Shown: positions 9,613-19,701, numbered from the stretch's first letter. The stretch: 64,000 bases of DNA from an uncultured bacterium (GCA_965370415.1 CBDUTJ010000006.1:28496-92495), one strand, 5' to 3'. Program-made: numbers and translations. Notes: generated by a model not told the origin, from the letters alone.

Positions 9613-10365
9613 ATGATAAAACTTGCAATAATCGGATATGGGCAAATGGGCAAACTGATAGAACAGCTTGCATCTGAACACGATTTTGAGGTTGTTTCTA
9701 TTATCGATCCCCTTCTGGGAAACGACATCTCGGAAGAATCACTTACCAAAGCAGACGTCTGTATCGAATTCACTACTCCCGATGCAGCTTTTACAAATAT
9801 CCGGAAAATCTGCGAACTTGGAAAGAACCTGGTGGTAGGTACTACCGGTTGGTTGAATAAGCTGAAAGAGACACAAAAACTGGTTCAACAAAACAAGATC
9901 GGAATGGTTTATGGTTCAAATTTTTCTTTGGGTATGAACGTGTTCTTTCAAATGGTAAATTCCGCAACCAAGCTGATGAATAAGATAGAAAATTATGATG
10001 TTTTTGGTCTGGAATTGCATCACAATAAAAAGAAAGACAGTCCTTCCGGAACTGCTAAAATTCTTGCTGATATCGTATTGAAAAACACTGATAATAAAAC
10101 ATCTGCACAATTTGAAAAATTAGACAGAAAAATTAAAAAAAGTGAATTCCATTTTGGCAGTATAAGAGCAGGAAATATACCCGGAACTCATCTTATCGGG
10201 TTTGATTCCGCAGCCGATACTATCGAATTGAAACACACGGCAAGAAACCGTGAGGGTCTGGCTCTTGGTGCTTTAAAAGCCGCAGAGTGGATCACAAAGA
10301 GAAAAGGGCTATATAATTTTACCGAGCTTTTTTCTGAGATAATAGGAATTGAACATGAAGCTTGA
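9613..10365 (+). CDS. dapB: 4-hydroxy-tetrahydrodipicolinate reductase
   Basis: N-terminal IIGYGQMG Rossmann motif, VGTTGW, and ELHHNKKKDSPSGTA. Confidence 0.85.
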   Translation: MIKLAIIGYGQMGKLIEQLASEHDFEVVSIIDPLLGNDISEESLTKADVCIEFTTPDAAFTNIRKICELGKNLVVGTTGWLNKLKETQKLVQQNKIGMVYGSNFSLGMNVFFQMVNSATKLMNKIENYDVFGLELHHNKKKDSPSGTAKILADIVLKNTDNKTSAQFEKLDRKIKKSEFHFGSIRAGNIPGTHLIGFDSAADTIELKHTARNREGLALGALKAAEWITKRKGLYNFTELFSEIIGIEHEA

Positions 10366-11137
10366 TTTCTTTAAAATGCATGCCCAGGGGAACGATTATA
10401 TTTACTTTGATTTTACCGAAACTGAAATGCCTAAAATTGATTTTTCCAAATTAGCTATTAAGCTTTCTCAAAGGCACTTTGGTGTTGGTTCCGATGGGAT
10501 CGTGCTGATACTTAAGGATGATGACAGCGAAGCTTTTATGAAAATATTTAATGCTGATGGTTCCGAAGGAAAAATGTGTGGTTCTGCTCTTATGTGTGTT
10601 TCATCTTACCTGGGAAAAAAGTTAGCTAAGAAAACATTGAATATCGACACCATTTCCGGTATAAGGACCGGGTTAATACTCGATGAAAAATTCAATGAAG
10701 TCAAGATCAATCTGAGCTCCCCCGAGATCATTTCCAAAGAACCACTTACTGTAGAGAATTTCTCCGGTTACCTGGTGCAGATCGGAAATAAGCATTTCGT
10801 TACTTTTATAAACAATCTTTCGGCTGACATGGCTGCAAAATTCGGTCCGTTCATTGAAAATAACAAATCCTTTCCTGATGGGATAAATGTGGAATTTGTT
10901 AAGATCAAGTCAAAAAACTCTATTGAATTGAGCGTCTGGGAACGAGGTAGCGGAGCAACTCTTTCCTGCGGCAGCGGTGCCTGTGCTTCTGTGTATGCCG
11001 GTATTACGTATGATCTTCTTTCCAATACCGTAAAAGTGAAATTACCCGGTGGTGAAGTATTCGTGGAATATGAGAATGGAGAAATATTCCTGACAGGTAT
11101 TGTTTCTTTTGTGTTTACAGGAACAGTGGAGATATGA
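10349..11137 (+). CDS. dapF: Diaminopimelate epimerase
   Basis: F.KMHA.GNDY plus the two catalytic-Cys motifs MCGSA and SCGSGACA. Confidence 0.85.
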   Translation: MNMKLDFFKMHAQGNDYIYFDFTETEMPKIDFSKLAIKLSQRHFGVGSDGIVLILKDDDSEAFMKIFNADGSEGKMCGSALMCVSSYLGKKLAKKTLNIDTISGIRTGLILDEKFNEVKINLSSPEIISKEPLTVENFSGYLVQIGNKHFVTFINNLSADMAAKFGPFIENNKSFPDGINVEFVKIKSKNSIELSVWERGSGATLSCGSGACASVYAGITYDLLSNTVKVKLPGGEVFVEYENGEIFLTGIVSFVFTGTVEI

Positions 11138-11457
11138 AAAAGATCCTATTACTTCTAATAATCTTTTTACTCTTCTCCTGCCTGCAGGCAGAAAACCTTT
11201 GGCTGGGAAAAGATAAAGTAATGCATTTCACAGGAAGCGCATTTCTCACTTTTTGGAATTACGGTTTCAGCCAGGACATTTTGGAAAATTCCAATGAAGA
11301 AAGCCTATATTTTTCGATCAGTTTTACAGCATTACTGGGAACAGGCAAAGAATATAGTGATAAGAGAAGTAAATCTACAGGATGGAGTTGGCCCGACCTG
11401 ACATACAACCTTGCCGGCATCGCTCTGGGTATGGTTTTGATAAATAATTTGAGGTAA
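11134..11457 (+). CDS. Small exported/membrane protein, function unknown
   Basis: Signal peptide and C-terminal hydrophobic segment. 4-nt overlap with dapF. Confidence 0.5.
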   Translation: MKKILLLLIIFLLFSCLQAENLWLGKDKVMHFTGSAFLTFWNYGFSQDILENSNEESLYFSISFTALLGTGKEYSDKRSKSTGWSWPDLTYNLAGIALGMVLINNLR

Positions 11458-11460
11458 ATT

Positions 11461-12075
11461 ATGGAAAATGTAGCTTTGATAGAAAGCATTGGCGCATATT
11501 TAAAATCATTAAGAGAACAGAAAAAAATAACCCTTGAAAAAGTATCTGAAAATATAAGAATCAAAGTCCGACTGCTGGAAGATATAGAAAACAACGTTTT
11601 TACAAACATGGGCGGTATGGGTTATGCTAAAGCTATGATAATAAATTATGCGCGTAACCTGGGCGCAGACGAAGAAAAGATACTGCATCTTTTCGATGAG
11701 CAAATGAATCAAAAGCCCAAGTTTGTTCCCCATGTTAAATCCATCCAACCCAAAAAATTGATCATTCCTCCTAAGATTTTCCTATTCTTTTTGTTGATAA
11801 TAGTCATAATTGCACTTACTTATCTGGTTATACATTTATATAAAAATAATGTTCTAATCTGGCCTCCGTTCAAGAAAACGGAACAAAAAACTGAGACGAC
11901 CCAAAAGGTGAAAACCCCTGTTAAACCGATAGAATTCGATCTGCAGGAAAAGAGTGATGAGTTGAAGGAAATTGAGCAAAGTACTATTAATGAAACTGCC
12001 TTGAAAGATACTACCAACTACCTGAATGAATTCATGTTCAAAGATAAGGAAAGTCCTTTTAATTTCGACGAATAG
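11461..12075 (+). CDS. RodZ-like HTH membrane protein
   Basis: N-terminal XRE-type HTH (LREQKKITLEKVSENIRIKVRLLEDIE), one TM segment and a charged tail. Confidence 0.6.
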   Translation: MENVALIESIGAYLKSLREQKKITLEKVSENIRIKVRLLEDIENNVFTNMGGMGYAKAMIINYARNLGADEEKILHLFDEQMNQKPKFVPHVKSIQPKKLIIPPKIFLFFLLIIVIIALTYLVIHLYKNNVLIWPPFKKTEQKTETTQKVKTPVKPIEFDLQEKSDELKEIEQSTINETALKDTTNYLNEFMFKDKESPFNFDE

Positions 12076-12082
12076 ATCTTTG

Positions 12083-14533
12083 ATGAGTTTTAAAAAAATA
12101 CAATTCCAGCACCTGCTGGCTTCGGTGCTGAAACCTGCTCGTTATATTAACCAGGAATTGAATAGTTATTCAAAATCACCTTCAGACAAAACAGAGAATT
12201 TCTGCCTGGCTTTTCCTGATGTTTATGAAGTTGGTTTTTCACATCTCGGACTAAAGATATTATATTCAATTTTAAATAAAGAACCGGATTGTGTTGCAGA
12301 CCGTGTTTATGCTCCCTGGCCGGATTTTGCTGAACTCCTGAAAGAAGAGAACATCCCGCTTTTTGGAATTGAAAGCACAGTAGCTCTGAAAGATTTCGAC
12401 CTGATAGGTTTCACCTTACAAACAGAGCTTACTTTCACGAATGTTTTATATATGCTCGACCTAGCGCAAATTCCGCTTCTTTCCACAGAGCGACGTGAAA
12501 GCGATCCAATCATCTTTGCCGGTGGACCTTCTGCAACTAATCCACAGCCTATGGCAGATTTTTTCGATAGCTTTTTGATAGGTGATGGCGAAGAAGTAAT
12601 ACTCGAGATCAAGAACTGCCTTAAAGAAACTAAAAATAGTTCTCGACTAGAAAAACTGAAAGCACTCAGTCAAATTGAGGGAGTGTACATTCCGGTTTTG
12701 TATAATGCACAGTATGGCAAAATAAAAGCTCGTAAATTCATGGATTTTGATAACCCGAAAAAAACACATGATAATCAACTTGTTCCCTGGGTAATGCCCA
12801 CTCATTACCGCTATGTTTCGGAGATCATGCGGGGTTGTTCTCGCGGTTGTAGATTCTGCTTTGCAGGAATGTTCTACCGTCCTGTAAGGGAACGAGACCC
12901 AAAAGTGATCTTAAAGAACTTGCAGAAAGAAGTAAAAAAATACGGTTGGAATGAAGCTGCTCTTACTTCCCTCTCTTCCAGTGATTACAGTTGTATCAAA
13001 CCTCTTTTAATGGAAATCTATAAAAACCTGAATAAAGCCAGCCTTTCGCTACCTTCATTGCGAGTCGACAGCATCGATGATGAACTAACTACACTGATGA
13101 ATGCCATGCGTCAGACAGGACTTACTATTGCCCCGGAAGCCGGCAGTCAGCGGTTGAGAAATATCATTAATAAAAACATTTCGCAGGAAGAGATCTTCCG
13201 CAGCGTGGAAATAGCATTGAAAAACGGTTGGCAGCTCATTAAATTTTATTTTATGATAGGATTGCCATTTGAAACTGATGAAGACATCGAAGCAATCATT
13301 AAACTTATAAATGACATCATACTACTTTCCAAAAAGAAGCTGAGAATAAACATAACAGTTTCTCCATTTGTACCCAAGCCTTTTACTCCATTCCAATGGG
13401 CAGAAATGGAAAACAAAGATGAACTTCTCCGTAAAGCAAAATGGATAAAAAATTCATTTAGAAGTTATAAATTTATCAAGATAAAATACCACGATGTGGA
13501 ATCATCTCTGCTGGAATGCGTGATGGGTCGTGGTGGACGTGAAGTGGGAAAACTTATCTTTCAAGCTTACAAAAACGGAGCAATATTCGATGGTTGGAAT
13601 GAGCATTTCTGTTTTGAGAACTGGGAAAAAGCAGCAGAAAAAATCGGGATGGATATCACAGCTTACACAAAACAAATTCCCTTTGATAGTCAACTTCTCT
13701 GGCATAATATCGATATTGGCATCACAGAAGAATTCCTGCTTTCCGAATGGAAAAAATCTGAATCAGAGGTAACAACTGAGGATTGTAAAACTGGAAAATG
13801 TACAGACTGCGGTGTATGTACTAAAGAAATTTTTCCAAGATACGTTAAAGAAATCCCCACAAAACCCGTGGAATTAAGAAAACATGTAAGCGATAATTCA
13901 CCTAATATTCATTACCGGGTTTTCTTTAGCAAAATGGGAAAAATCTGTTTTGTTCCGCATCTCGATCTTGCCCGGATGATCTACAATATAATGCGCGCTT
14001 CCGACTTACCGATAGCCTATTCACAGGGATTCAATGTGCGTCCGATTCTCAGTTTTGGTCCCCCTCTTCCCCTGGGTATGCAGGGTCGCAATGAGTATTT
14101 TGATTTCATCCTGAAAGAAGAAATGGATACCGGATTTCTATATTCTGAAATCGGTAAAGTAATGCCACCACAATTAAAATTGAATAACATCGAACCTATA
14201 CCATTAAAAGCGATGCGAGCTATGAGCTATTATGTTTTTGAAAAAATATCCGTGATTCTTCCAACAGAATTTGCGGAGTTGTTTGAAAAGGAAACTGCTT
14301 CTTTTCAGAAATGTTCAGAACTCCTTTTTACCCGCATCAGGAAGGAAAAAGAACGAACTGTAGATCTAAAAGAAATAGTTCAAACCCTTAATTGGACAGG
14401 TGAAAAACTGGAGATCATAAAAAAGATAGTCGGTGCCAGTATTTTTGATGTTTTAGAACAGGTTTATAAAACCAGAAGAAATAAAACTAATAAGTTTGAG
14501 ATTATTCGCGAAGAATTGATTTCTGATGAATAA
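12083..14533 (+). CDS. Radical SAM protein (B12-binding-like N-domain + CxxxCxxC core) fused to a DUF2344-like C-terminal domain
   Basis: CSRGCRFC cluster motif and the conserved N-terminus LL..V.KPARY. Start moved from 12026 to the ATG at 12083, which removes a 50-nt overlap. Confidence 0.8.
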   Translation: MSFKKIQFQHLLASVLKPARYINQELNSYSKSPSDKTENFCLAFPDVYEVGFSHLGLKILYSILNKEPDCVADRVYAPWPDFAELLKEENIPLFGIESTVALKDFDLIGFTLQTELTFTNVLYMLDLAQIPLLSTERRESDPIIFAGGPSATNPQPMADFFDSFLIGDGEEVILEIKNCLKETKNSSRLEKLKALSQIEGVYIPVLYNAQYGKIKARKFMDFDNPKKTHDNQLVPWVMPTHYRYVSEIMRGCSRGCRFCFAGMFYRPVRERDPKVILKNLQKEVKKYGWNEAALTSLSSSDYSCIKPLLMEIYKNLNKASLSLPSLRVDSIDDELTTLMNAMRQTGLTIAPEAGSQRLRNIINKNISQEEIFRSVEIALKNGWQLIKFYFMIGLPFETDEDIEAIIKLINDIILLSKKKLRINITVSPFVPKPFTPFQWAEMENKDELLRKAKWIKNSFRSYKFIKIKYHDVESSLLECVMGRGGREVGKLIFQAYKNGAIFDGWNEHFCFENWEKAAEKIGMDITAYTKQIPFDSQLLWHNIDIGITEEFLLSEWKKSESEVTTEDCKTGKCTDCGVCTKEIFPRYVKEIPTKPVELRKHVSDNSPNIHYRVFFSKMGKICFVPHLDLARMIYNIMRASDLPIAYSQGFNVRPILSFGPPLPLGMQGRNEYFDFILKEEMDTGFLYSEIGKVMPPQLKLNNIEPIPLKAMRAMSYYVFEKISVILPTEFAELFEKETASFQKCSELLFTRIRKEKERTVDLKEIVQTLNWTGEKLEIIKKIVGASIFDVLEQVYKTRRNKTNKFEIIREELISDE

Positions 14534-14543
14534 TACAAGCTTA

Positions 14544-14888
14544 TTAAACTTCGGAAGTTTGGGTTAAAGAAAATTTTGTCTTTAATTCAATTAACATATT
14601 TCTAAATTCCGTTTTTAATTTATATATTCCCCTCTTTTCATCTTTCATTATTCTATCAACCATAGTAATAATAACTTTTTTTCTAGAAGCTTTAGTTTTG
14701 TCATTTTTAGTTTTATTAATTATGTTTATAGATTCATTTATTATTCTAATTTTATTATCTAATGATCGTTTGCGGAAATTTGATTCTTTGATATTGCATT
14801 CTTTGCAAAGCCCTCTATTGTTAAGTTGAAAGATAAAAAATGCTTTTTTACATAATTTGCATTTTTTTATCATTTTCGTTTTAGTCAT
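14544..14888 (-). CDS. Small basic protein with CKLC...CKEC zinc-ribbon
   Basis: GGAGAGAGAAAGG RBS favours the MTKTK start at 14888. Confidence 0.45.
   Translation of the reverse strand: MTKTKMIKKCKLCKKAFFIFQLNNRGLCKECNIKESNFRKRSLDNKIRIINESINIINKTKNDKTKASRKKVIITMVDRIMKDEKRGIYKLKTEFRNMLIELKTKFSLTQTSEV
14546..14560. repeat. Palindrome AAACTTCGGAAGTTT between convergent genes
   Basis: Read directly. Related copies at 24579-24610 and 30491-30506. Confidence 0.6.
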
Positions 14889-15046
14889 CCTTTCTCTCTC
14901 CTTATGAAGACACAACTCGTAAGTTGCCCCTTCAATTTAATTCCAGCCAGCTATTATGTGTCGTGTCAGGCCATACAGAAACTTAATAATAATACCACTA
15001 ATAACAATACGCAAAAGCCAGATGAGAATTTGTTTTGTTGAGAATT

Positions 15047-15409
15047 TTAATGTTCCAGCCAATCCAGATCATATTCGATTCTATCGTAATCACCATGAGA
15101 AGATAAATCAAAGAAAATAGCATCATCAACTGCCGACATACCTGCTCCAATATCAGCACCATTCGCAAAGTAGGCAAAGCCTGTATCAATTATTGTGCTT
15201 CCGCTTATTGCTTTAACATCACAACTTACATTATAACCGGTTTTATTACCAGTATTTTTAACAGTTATCTCGATATAGGGGCAATCGTAACTTGTCATGC
15301 CGGTTGAAATGTTAACAATTTCAAAATCAGCGGATTTTTCGTTTTCATCGCAACCGGTAGATGCAAATGTCAGGACAATTATCATAAACAGTAAACATAT
15401 ATTTTTCAT
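15047..15409 (-). CDS. Small lipoprotein, function unknown
   Basis: Signal peptide with lipobox ASTGC and a GGAGG RBS. Confidence 0.6.
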   Translation of the reverse strand: MKNICLLFMIIVLTFASTGCDENEKSADFEIVNISTGMTSYDCPYIEITVKNTGNKTGYNVSCDVKAISGSTIIDTGFAYFANGADIGAGMSAVDDAIFFDLSSHGDYDRIEYDLDWLEH

Positions 15410-15424
15410 TTGTTGCCTCCTCTT

Positions 15425-15458
15425 AAAAATGTCACGGATTTGGCATTTTTAAATTGCT
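15425..15458. repeat. ~35-bp intergenic motif AAAAATGTCACGGATTTGGCATTTTTAAATTGCT, copy 1
   Basis: About 90% identical by eye to 16035-16071. Both copies lie at the 3' end of a minus-strand secreted-protein gene. Confidence 0.75.
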
Positions 15459-15462
15459 GCAA

Positions 15463-15939
15463 TTAAAAATCCATTTCATCAGAAGCATTGCTAAGCTTTT
15501 CAATAAGTGTGTTTCTGGATTCCTCGAAGCTGGTTAATGCTCTGGTGATTTCTTTTTTGTTCGGATAATAGCCATTATCTTCATAAGTACCCAGATCATA
15601 AACGAGCTTGATCCTGTTTTCATTAAAAAGTATTTTCAGAGTGTAATTTAAATGAAACGATGAGAGACCAACCTTTACCTTTTGTAGCAGATTTAAAACG
15701 ATTTTTCCTTTTTCAGGCTCATCCGTTTCAATTATATCTTCGATCTTTTTTGTGTAAACATCCTTCATTTGACTTAAATAGAATTCCTTAACAACTGGAT
15801 AAGTGACGTTCATCAAGCTGTCGGCTGTAATAACAAATTCGTAATGACCCTCACCTTTTGGCATTTTAAATGCAGTTGCACTTAGAGATACCGCTGATAC
15901 TATGACCAGCAGCATGATAAGAATTAACATCTTTTTCAT
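15463..15939 (-). CDS. Secreted protein, function unknown
   Basis: N-terminal signal peptide and a GGGAGGA RBS. Confidence 0.6.
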   Translation of the reverse strand: MKKMLILIMLLVIVSAVSLSATAFKMPKGEGHYEFVITADSLMNVTYPVVKEFYLSQMKDVYTKKIEDIIETDEPEKGKIVLNLLQKVKVGLSSFHLNYTLKILFNENRIKLVYDLGTYEDNGYYPNKKEITRALTSFEESRNTLIEKLSNASDEMDF

Positions 15940-15996
15940 TTTAAATCCTCCCTTTTGTCCCGGCGTAGCCTTGGCGAAGCCGGATTGTTTTTTTTT

Positions 15997-16024
15997 GTAA
16001 GGGCAACTCGTGAGTTGCCCTTAC
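15997..16024. repeat. REP-like hairpin GTAAGGGCAACT-CGTG-AGTTGCCCTTAC (12-bp stem)
   Basis: Read directly, preceded by T9. A partial relative (CAACTCGTAAGTTG) lies at 14913-14926. Confidence 0.8.
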
Positions 16025-16034
16025 ACGCTGATAT

Positions 16035-16071
16035 AAAAAAGTGTCACGGGTTTGGCATTTTTCTAATTGCT
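16035..16071. repeat. ~35-bp intergenic motif, copy 2
   Basis: AAAAAAGTGTCACGGGTTTGGCATTTTTCTAATTGCT. Overlaps the stop codon of the 16063-16557 gene. Confidence 0.75.
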
Positions 16072-16557
16072 TGCAACGATTAATATGATAGCAGTTATTG
16101 CAACACTAATTCCAATACTTGTACCCCAAATATTCCACATTGTTTTGCGGACTCCATGAATTTCATTAACCTGTAACTGTGTAAGATACAACTGGAATTC
16201 ACGATCTGTCATTTCGTTAATACCGTCTTTTGTCAATTTACCAGGTGTAAATAAGCTAAGGTCTTCTTTTGTTTTTGAGATCAATTCTATAACGTCCTGA
16301 GATCCAACCCAATTTTGCATGAAATCCTTTTTCTTGTATATCAGCCCAGTTACCGGCTGGTTGCCCTCGTTCTTAATTTCCTTAACGAGATCTCGATTGA
16401 TCAAATAGATATTACCGTCTGAATTCAGATAAATTTGATCACTCTTTTTACCAACAATTTCACCCTTTAATGTGCGCCCATCATTAAGAATAACCGACTC
16501 ACCCCAGATTATTGTGAACATGAACAATAGCACGATCATAACTAATATCTTTTTCAT
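16063..16557 (-). CDS. Exported protein with a C-terminal TM anchor, function unknown
   Basis: GGGGAGGAA RBS supports the MKKILVM start at 16557. Has a signal peptide and a terminal hydrophobic helix. Confidence 0.6.
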   Translation of the reverse strand: MKKILVMIVLLFMFTIIWGESVILNDGRTLKGEIVGKKSDQIYLNSDGNIYLINRDLVKEIKNEGNQPVTGLIYKKKDFMQNWVGSQDVIELISKTKEDLSLFTPGKLTKDGINEMTDREFQLYLTQLQVNEIHGVRKTMWNIWGTSIGISVAITAIILIVASN

Positions 16558-16620
16558 TTTGTTCCTCCCCTTTTTTGGACAGCTCACAGAGTTATCCCTA
16601 CGTAATTAATACCTATGTTT

Positions 16621-16743
16621 GGCAAAGCTGAGCTTTGCGTTCAATTACGTTCCCAAGTGCAACTTGGGAACGAGTTAAAAAACTCACTCTCCATACATCT
16701 TAATTGTGTGAAAAAAAGCGTTCCCACGCAGAGCATGGGAACG
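16621..16743. repeat. REP cluster: GCAAAGCTGAGCTTTGC (16622-16638), CGTTCCCAAGTGCAACTTGGGAACG (16648-16672), CGTTCCCACGCAGAGCATGGGAACG (16719-16743)
   Basis: Read directly. Both GTTCCCA hairpins are followed by AGTTAA. Confidence 0.8.
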
Positions 16744-16760
16744 AGTTAATATTATATTTT

Positions 16761-17537
16761 CTATTTAAACTCCACAGTAATTTTCTCATTCATTTCATTT
16801 TTAAAGCCCGGAGCATTCTGCATTTTATCTTTCATTTCTTTTTCACTAACATTATCGCTGGATGAAAATATCTTCATGTATTCATCATTGGTCATCATTT
16901 CATCAAAATCCATTTCAGAAATCGTAACCACATTTCCATCTACGAACATAGCATTGGAATCTGTTATCTTACCATCGAACTTGATCTTGAATGACAGCTT
17001 CATGCCTGCATACATTGCTTTTACCATTTCAATCGACTGTTGTTGATCTTCTTCGCTGAGGGGTTCACCTGTTTCTTCTGTATATTCTTTACCTGCGGGT
17101 TCTTCTTTTTCCGGTGGAAAAATAATAGTAAATTGTGAAGTTTTTCCTTTATTGAAATCAAAAGTAATATACTCTATTTCTGCTGGCATCCCGGTGCCCT
17201 GCACAGCTTTTGCTGCCAGGTTCGTCTCCAGAGTCAGTTTTGTGATATCGTCAAAAGCATAAACAGCCATATAGCCTTTCAAACCGTTTTCCTCGATCTC
17301 TTTGCTGGATACATAACTCACATTTTTGCCAAATGTAACTGCATCGGCTTTAAGCTTCTCTACATCATGCAGGCTTTGGCCTCCCATATTTTTTCCCATT
17401 TCAGTTGTAACTAAAAATTTTTCTTCGATTGTTCCACTACCGTCTTTTTTTACGTTGATAGTTCTATGCACCTGGAAACATCCACTTAATAAAACTAAAA
17501 TTGAAAGCAATAATGTAAAATTTCTGATACTTTTCAT
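16761..17537 (-). CDS. Lipoprotein, function unknown
   Basis: Lipobox LLSGC and a GAGGAGGAA RBS. Confidence 0.65.
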   Translation of the reverse strand: MKSIRNFTLLLSILVLLSGCFQVHRTINVKKDGSGTIEEKFLVTTEMGKNMGGQSLHDVEKLKADAVTFGKNVSYVSSKEIEENGLKGYMAVYAFDDITKLTLETNLAAKAVQGTGMPAEIEYITFDFNKGKTSQFTIIFPPEKEEPAGKEYTEETGEPLSEEDQQQSIEMVKAMYAGMKLSFKIKFDGKITDSNAMFVDGNVVTISEMDFDEMMTNDEYMKIFSSSDNVSEKEMKDKMQNAPGFKNEMNEKITVEFK

Positions 17538-17687
17538 TTTTCCTCCTCAATATTTTTTTTCATGTTTACAAAATAAATTGATTTTCTGATTGTCAAATCA
17601 AATTTAACAGTAACAATATATAAATTCCAGTTGACATACCAAATAGTTTATGAATCTTAGAAATAGATTTTAAGTAATGGAGAATCA

Positions 17688-19127
17688 ATGAATAACGAAA
17701 TCAGGGTACGTTTTGCACCCAGTCCCACGGGCTACTTGCATGTGGGAAGTTTGCGAACAGCATTATATAATTATTTATACGCGAAAAAAACAGGCGGGGA
17801 ATTTATACTTCGCATTGAAGATACAGATCGCAGCCGTTATGTGGAAGGTGCTGTAGAAAATCTGATAGAAACACTTCAAGCAGTTGGTTTGGAATGCGAT
17901 GAAGGACCCGATAAAGGTGGAGATTTTGGACCATATTTCCAATCCAAACGGACTGATATTTACAAAAAATACGTCCGGGAACTCCTGGATAAAGATGCAG
18001 CTTATCATTGTTTCTGCACAGAAGACGATCTAAAAAAAATGCGGGAAGAACAGATAGCAAATAAAATGGATATACGCTACGATGGCAGGTGTAGAAATCT
18101 TTCTGAAGAACAGATTCAGGAAAACCTGGATCAGGGTAAACTATTTGTTATACGGGCAAAAATACCAACAGAAGGTGAAGTTGTTTTCTTTGATATTGTA
18201 CGGGAAAGAATAAGCATCAAGTGGAAAACTGTGGACGATCAGGTACTTATCAAATCGGATGGCTATCCCACCTATCACCTGGCAAATGTAGTGGACGATC
18301 ACCAGATGGGAATTACTCACGTAATTCGCGGTGAAGAATGGATATCCAGTGTTCCTAAACATCTTTTCCTTTACAATGCTTTGGGTTGGAAACCACCCAA
18401 AATGTGCCATCTTCCTCTTCTATTAAATCCCGATAAAAGCAAGCTCAGCAAACGCCAGGGAGATGTGGCAGTGGAAGATTTCCTGAAAAAAGGTTATCTG
18501 CCGGAAGCTCTTTTGAACTTCGTTGCTCTTCTGGGCTGGCATCCTGCTGGTGATCGCGAACTTTTCACGTTGGATGAACTCGTTCAAGAGTTTTCGTTGA
18601 AAAGAATTAGTAAAGCCGGTGCGGTGTTCGATATGGAAAAATTGAACTGGATGAACGGACACTACCTGCGTGATCTTGAACTGGGTTACATTGCGATAAA
18701 AGCCAAACCGTATTTTACAGAAGCAGGTTTTGATATCAGCGATAATGAAAAATATCTTAAAATAGTAGATGTAGCCAGGAATAGAATATCAACGCTTTCA
18801 GAGATCATCGAAGCAGCAAAACCGTTCTTTACTGTTTCAGCATATTCAGATGAAGACCGGAAGATCATTGACAATGAAAATTCGCAAAAATTATTTACTT
18901 TCTGGCTGGAAAATCTGAAAGCAATGGATTCTATTACCGAAGAAAATGTAAACCAGCTTCTTAAACAAAGCACGGAAGAACTGAGCATCAAGGGAAAAGA
19001 TCTTTATTTTCCGTTACGTCTTGCTTTATTCGGTAGTGTTCACGGTCCTGAACTTCCGGTGATCTTTGATATTCTTGGTAAAAATGAAGTTATCAATAGA
19101 CTTCAAAAATTAGTTAAAGGGATCTAA
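17688..19127 (+). CDS. gltX: Glutamate--tRNA ligase
   Basis: RFAPSPTGYLHVG (HIGH) and KLSKR (KMSKS) class-I motifs. Confidence 0.9.
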   Translation: MNNEIRVRFAPSPTGYLHVGSLRTALYNYLYAKKTGGEFILRIEDTDRSRYVEGAVENLIETLQAVGLECDEGPDKGGDFGPYFQSKRTDIYKKYVRELLDKDAAYHCFCTEDDLKKMREEQIANKMDIRYDGRCRNLSEEQIQENLDQGKLFVIRAKIPTEGEVVFFDIVRERISIKWKTVDDQVLIKSDGYPTYHLANVVDDHQMGITHVIRGEEWISSVPKHLFLYNALGWKPPKMCHLPLLLNPDKSKLSKRQGDVAVEDFLKKGYLPEALLNFVALLGWHPAGDRELFTLDELVQEFSLKRISKAGAVFDMEKLNWMNGHYLRDLELGYIAIKAKPYFTEAGFDISDNEKYLKIVDVARNRISTLSEIIEAAKPFFTVSAYSDEDRKIIDNENSQKLFTFWLENLKAMDSITEENVNQLLKQSTEELSIKGKDLYFPLRLALFGSVHGPELPVIFDILGKNEVINRLQKLVKGI

Positions 19128-19128
19128 T

Positions 19129-19698
19129 ATGAAATATTTCAAAAAACTGATCGGGAAAAAATGTTATCTATCTCCCATTAGCGTGGATGATGCAGAGCAG
19201 TATTGCGAATGGATAAACGATGCGGAAGTTAATAAATTCATGGTCTTTTCTTCGCATCAGATCGGCATTGAAAAAGAAAGAACTATCCTGGAAGACATGA
19301 TAAAAAGAAATGCTCAGATCTTCGCTATCATCGACATTAAAAAAGATGAACTTATCGGGAACTGCAGTTTATTCGATATTGATCATCTCAACATGAAGGC
19401 AGAGTTTGGCATTTTCATTGGAAATAAAACTTACTGGGGAAAGGGTTATGGAACCGAAGCAACCATGCTGATATTAGATTACGGTTTTAATATTCTGAAC
19501 CTGAACAACATAATGCTTAGAGTTTACAGTTATAATAAAAGAGGAATTCGTTCTTACAAAAAATCCGGCTTTAAGGTAATTGGTAATCATAGAGAAGCCA
19601 AGATAATCGGTAGTAAAAAATACGATGAAATATATATGGATATCCTTGCCAGTGAATTTAAAAGCATCTACATAAAGAAGATAATGGACAAAAAATAA
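19129..19698 (+). CDS. GNAT-family N-acetyltransferase (RimJ/RimL-like)
   Basis: WGKGYGTEA acetyl-CoA loop and the overall GNAT pattern. Confidence 0.7.
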   Translation: MKYFKKLIGKKCYLSPISVDDAEQYCEWINDAEVNKFMVFSSHQIGIEKERTILEDMIKRNAQIFAIIDIKKDELIGNCSLFDIDHLNMKAEFGIFIGNKTYWGKGYGTEATMLILDYGFNILNLNNIMLRVYSYNKRGIRSYKKSGFKVIGNHREAKIIGSKKYDEIYMDILASEFKSIYIKKIMDKK

Positions 19699-19701
19699 AT
19701 T

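Noticed and set aside
12026-12082. Upstream-extended starts given in the track (12026, 16587, 22481, 29603, 6658, 58201, 42637, 14915, 48248, 31385)
   Set aside because: Internal ATGs with good RBSs and/or stop-start coupling give products that begin at the conserved N-terminus or signal peptide. The extensions overlap upstream genes or run through repeats.
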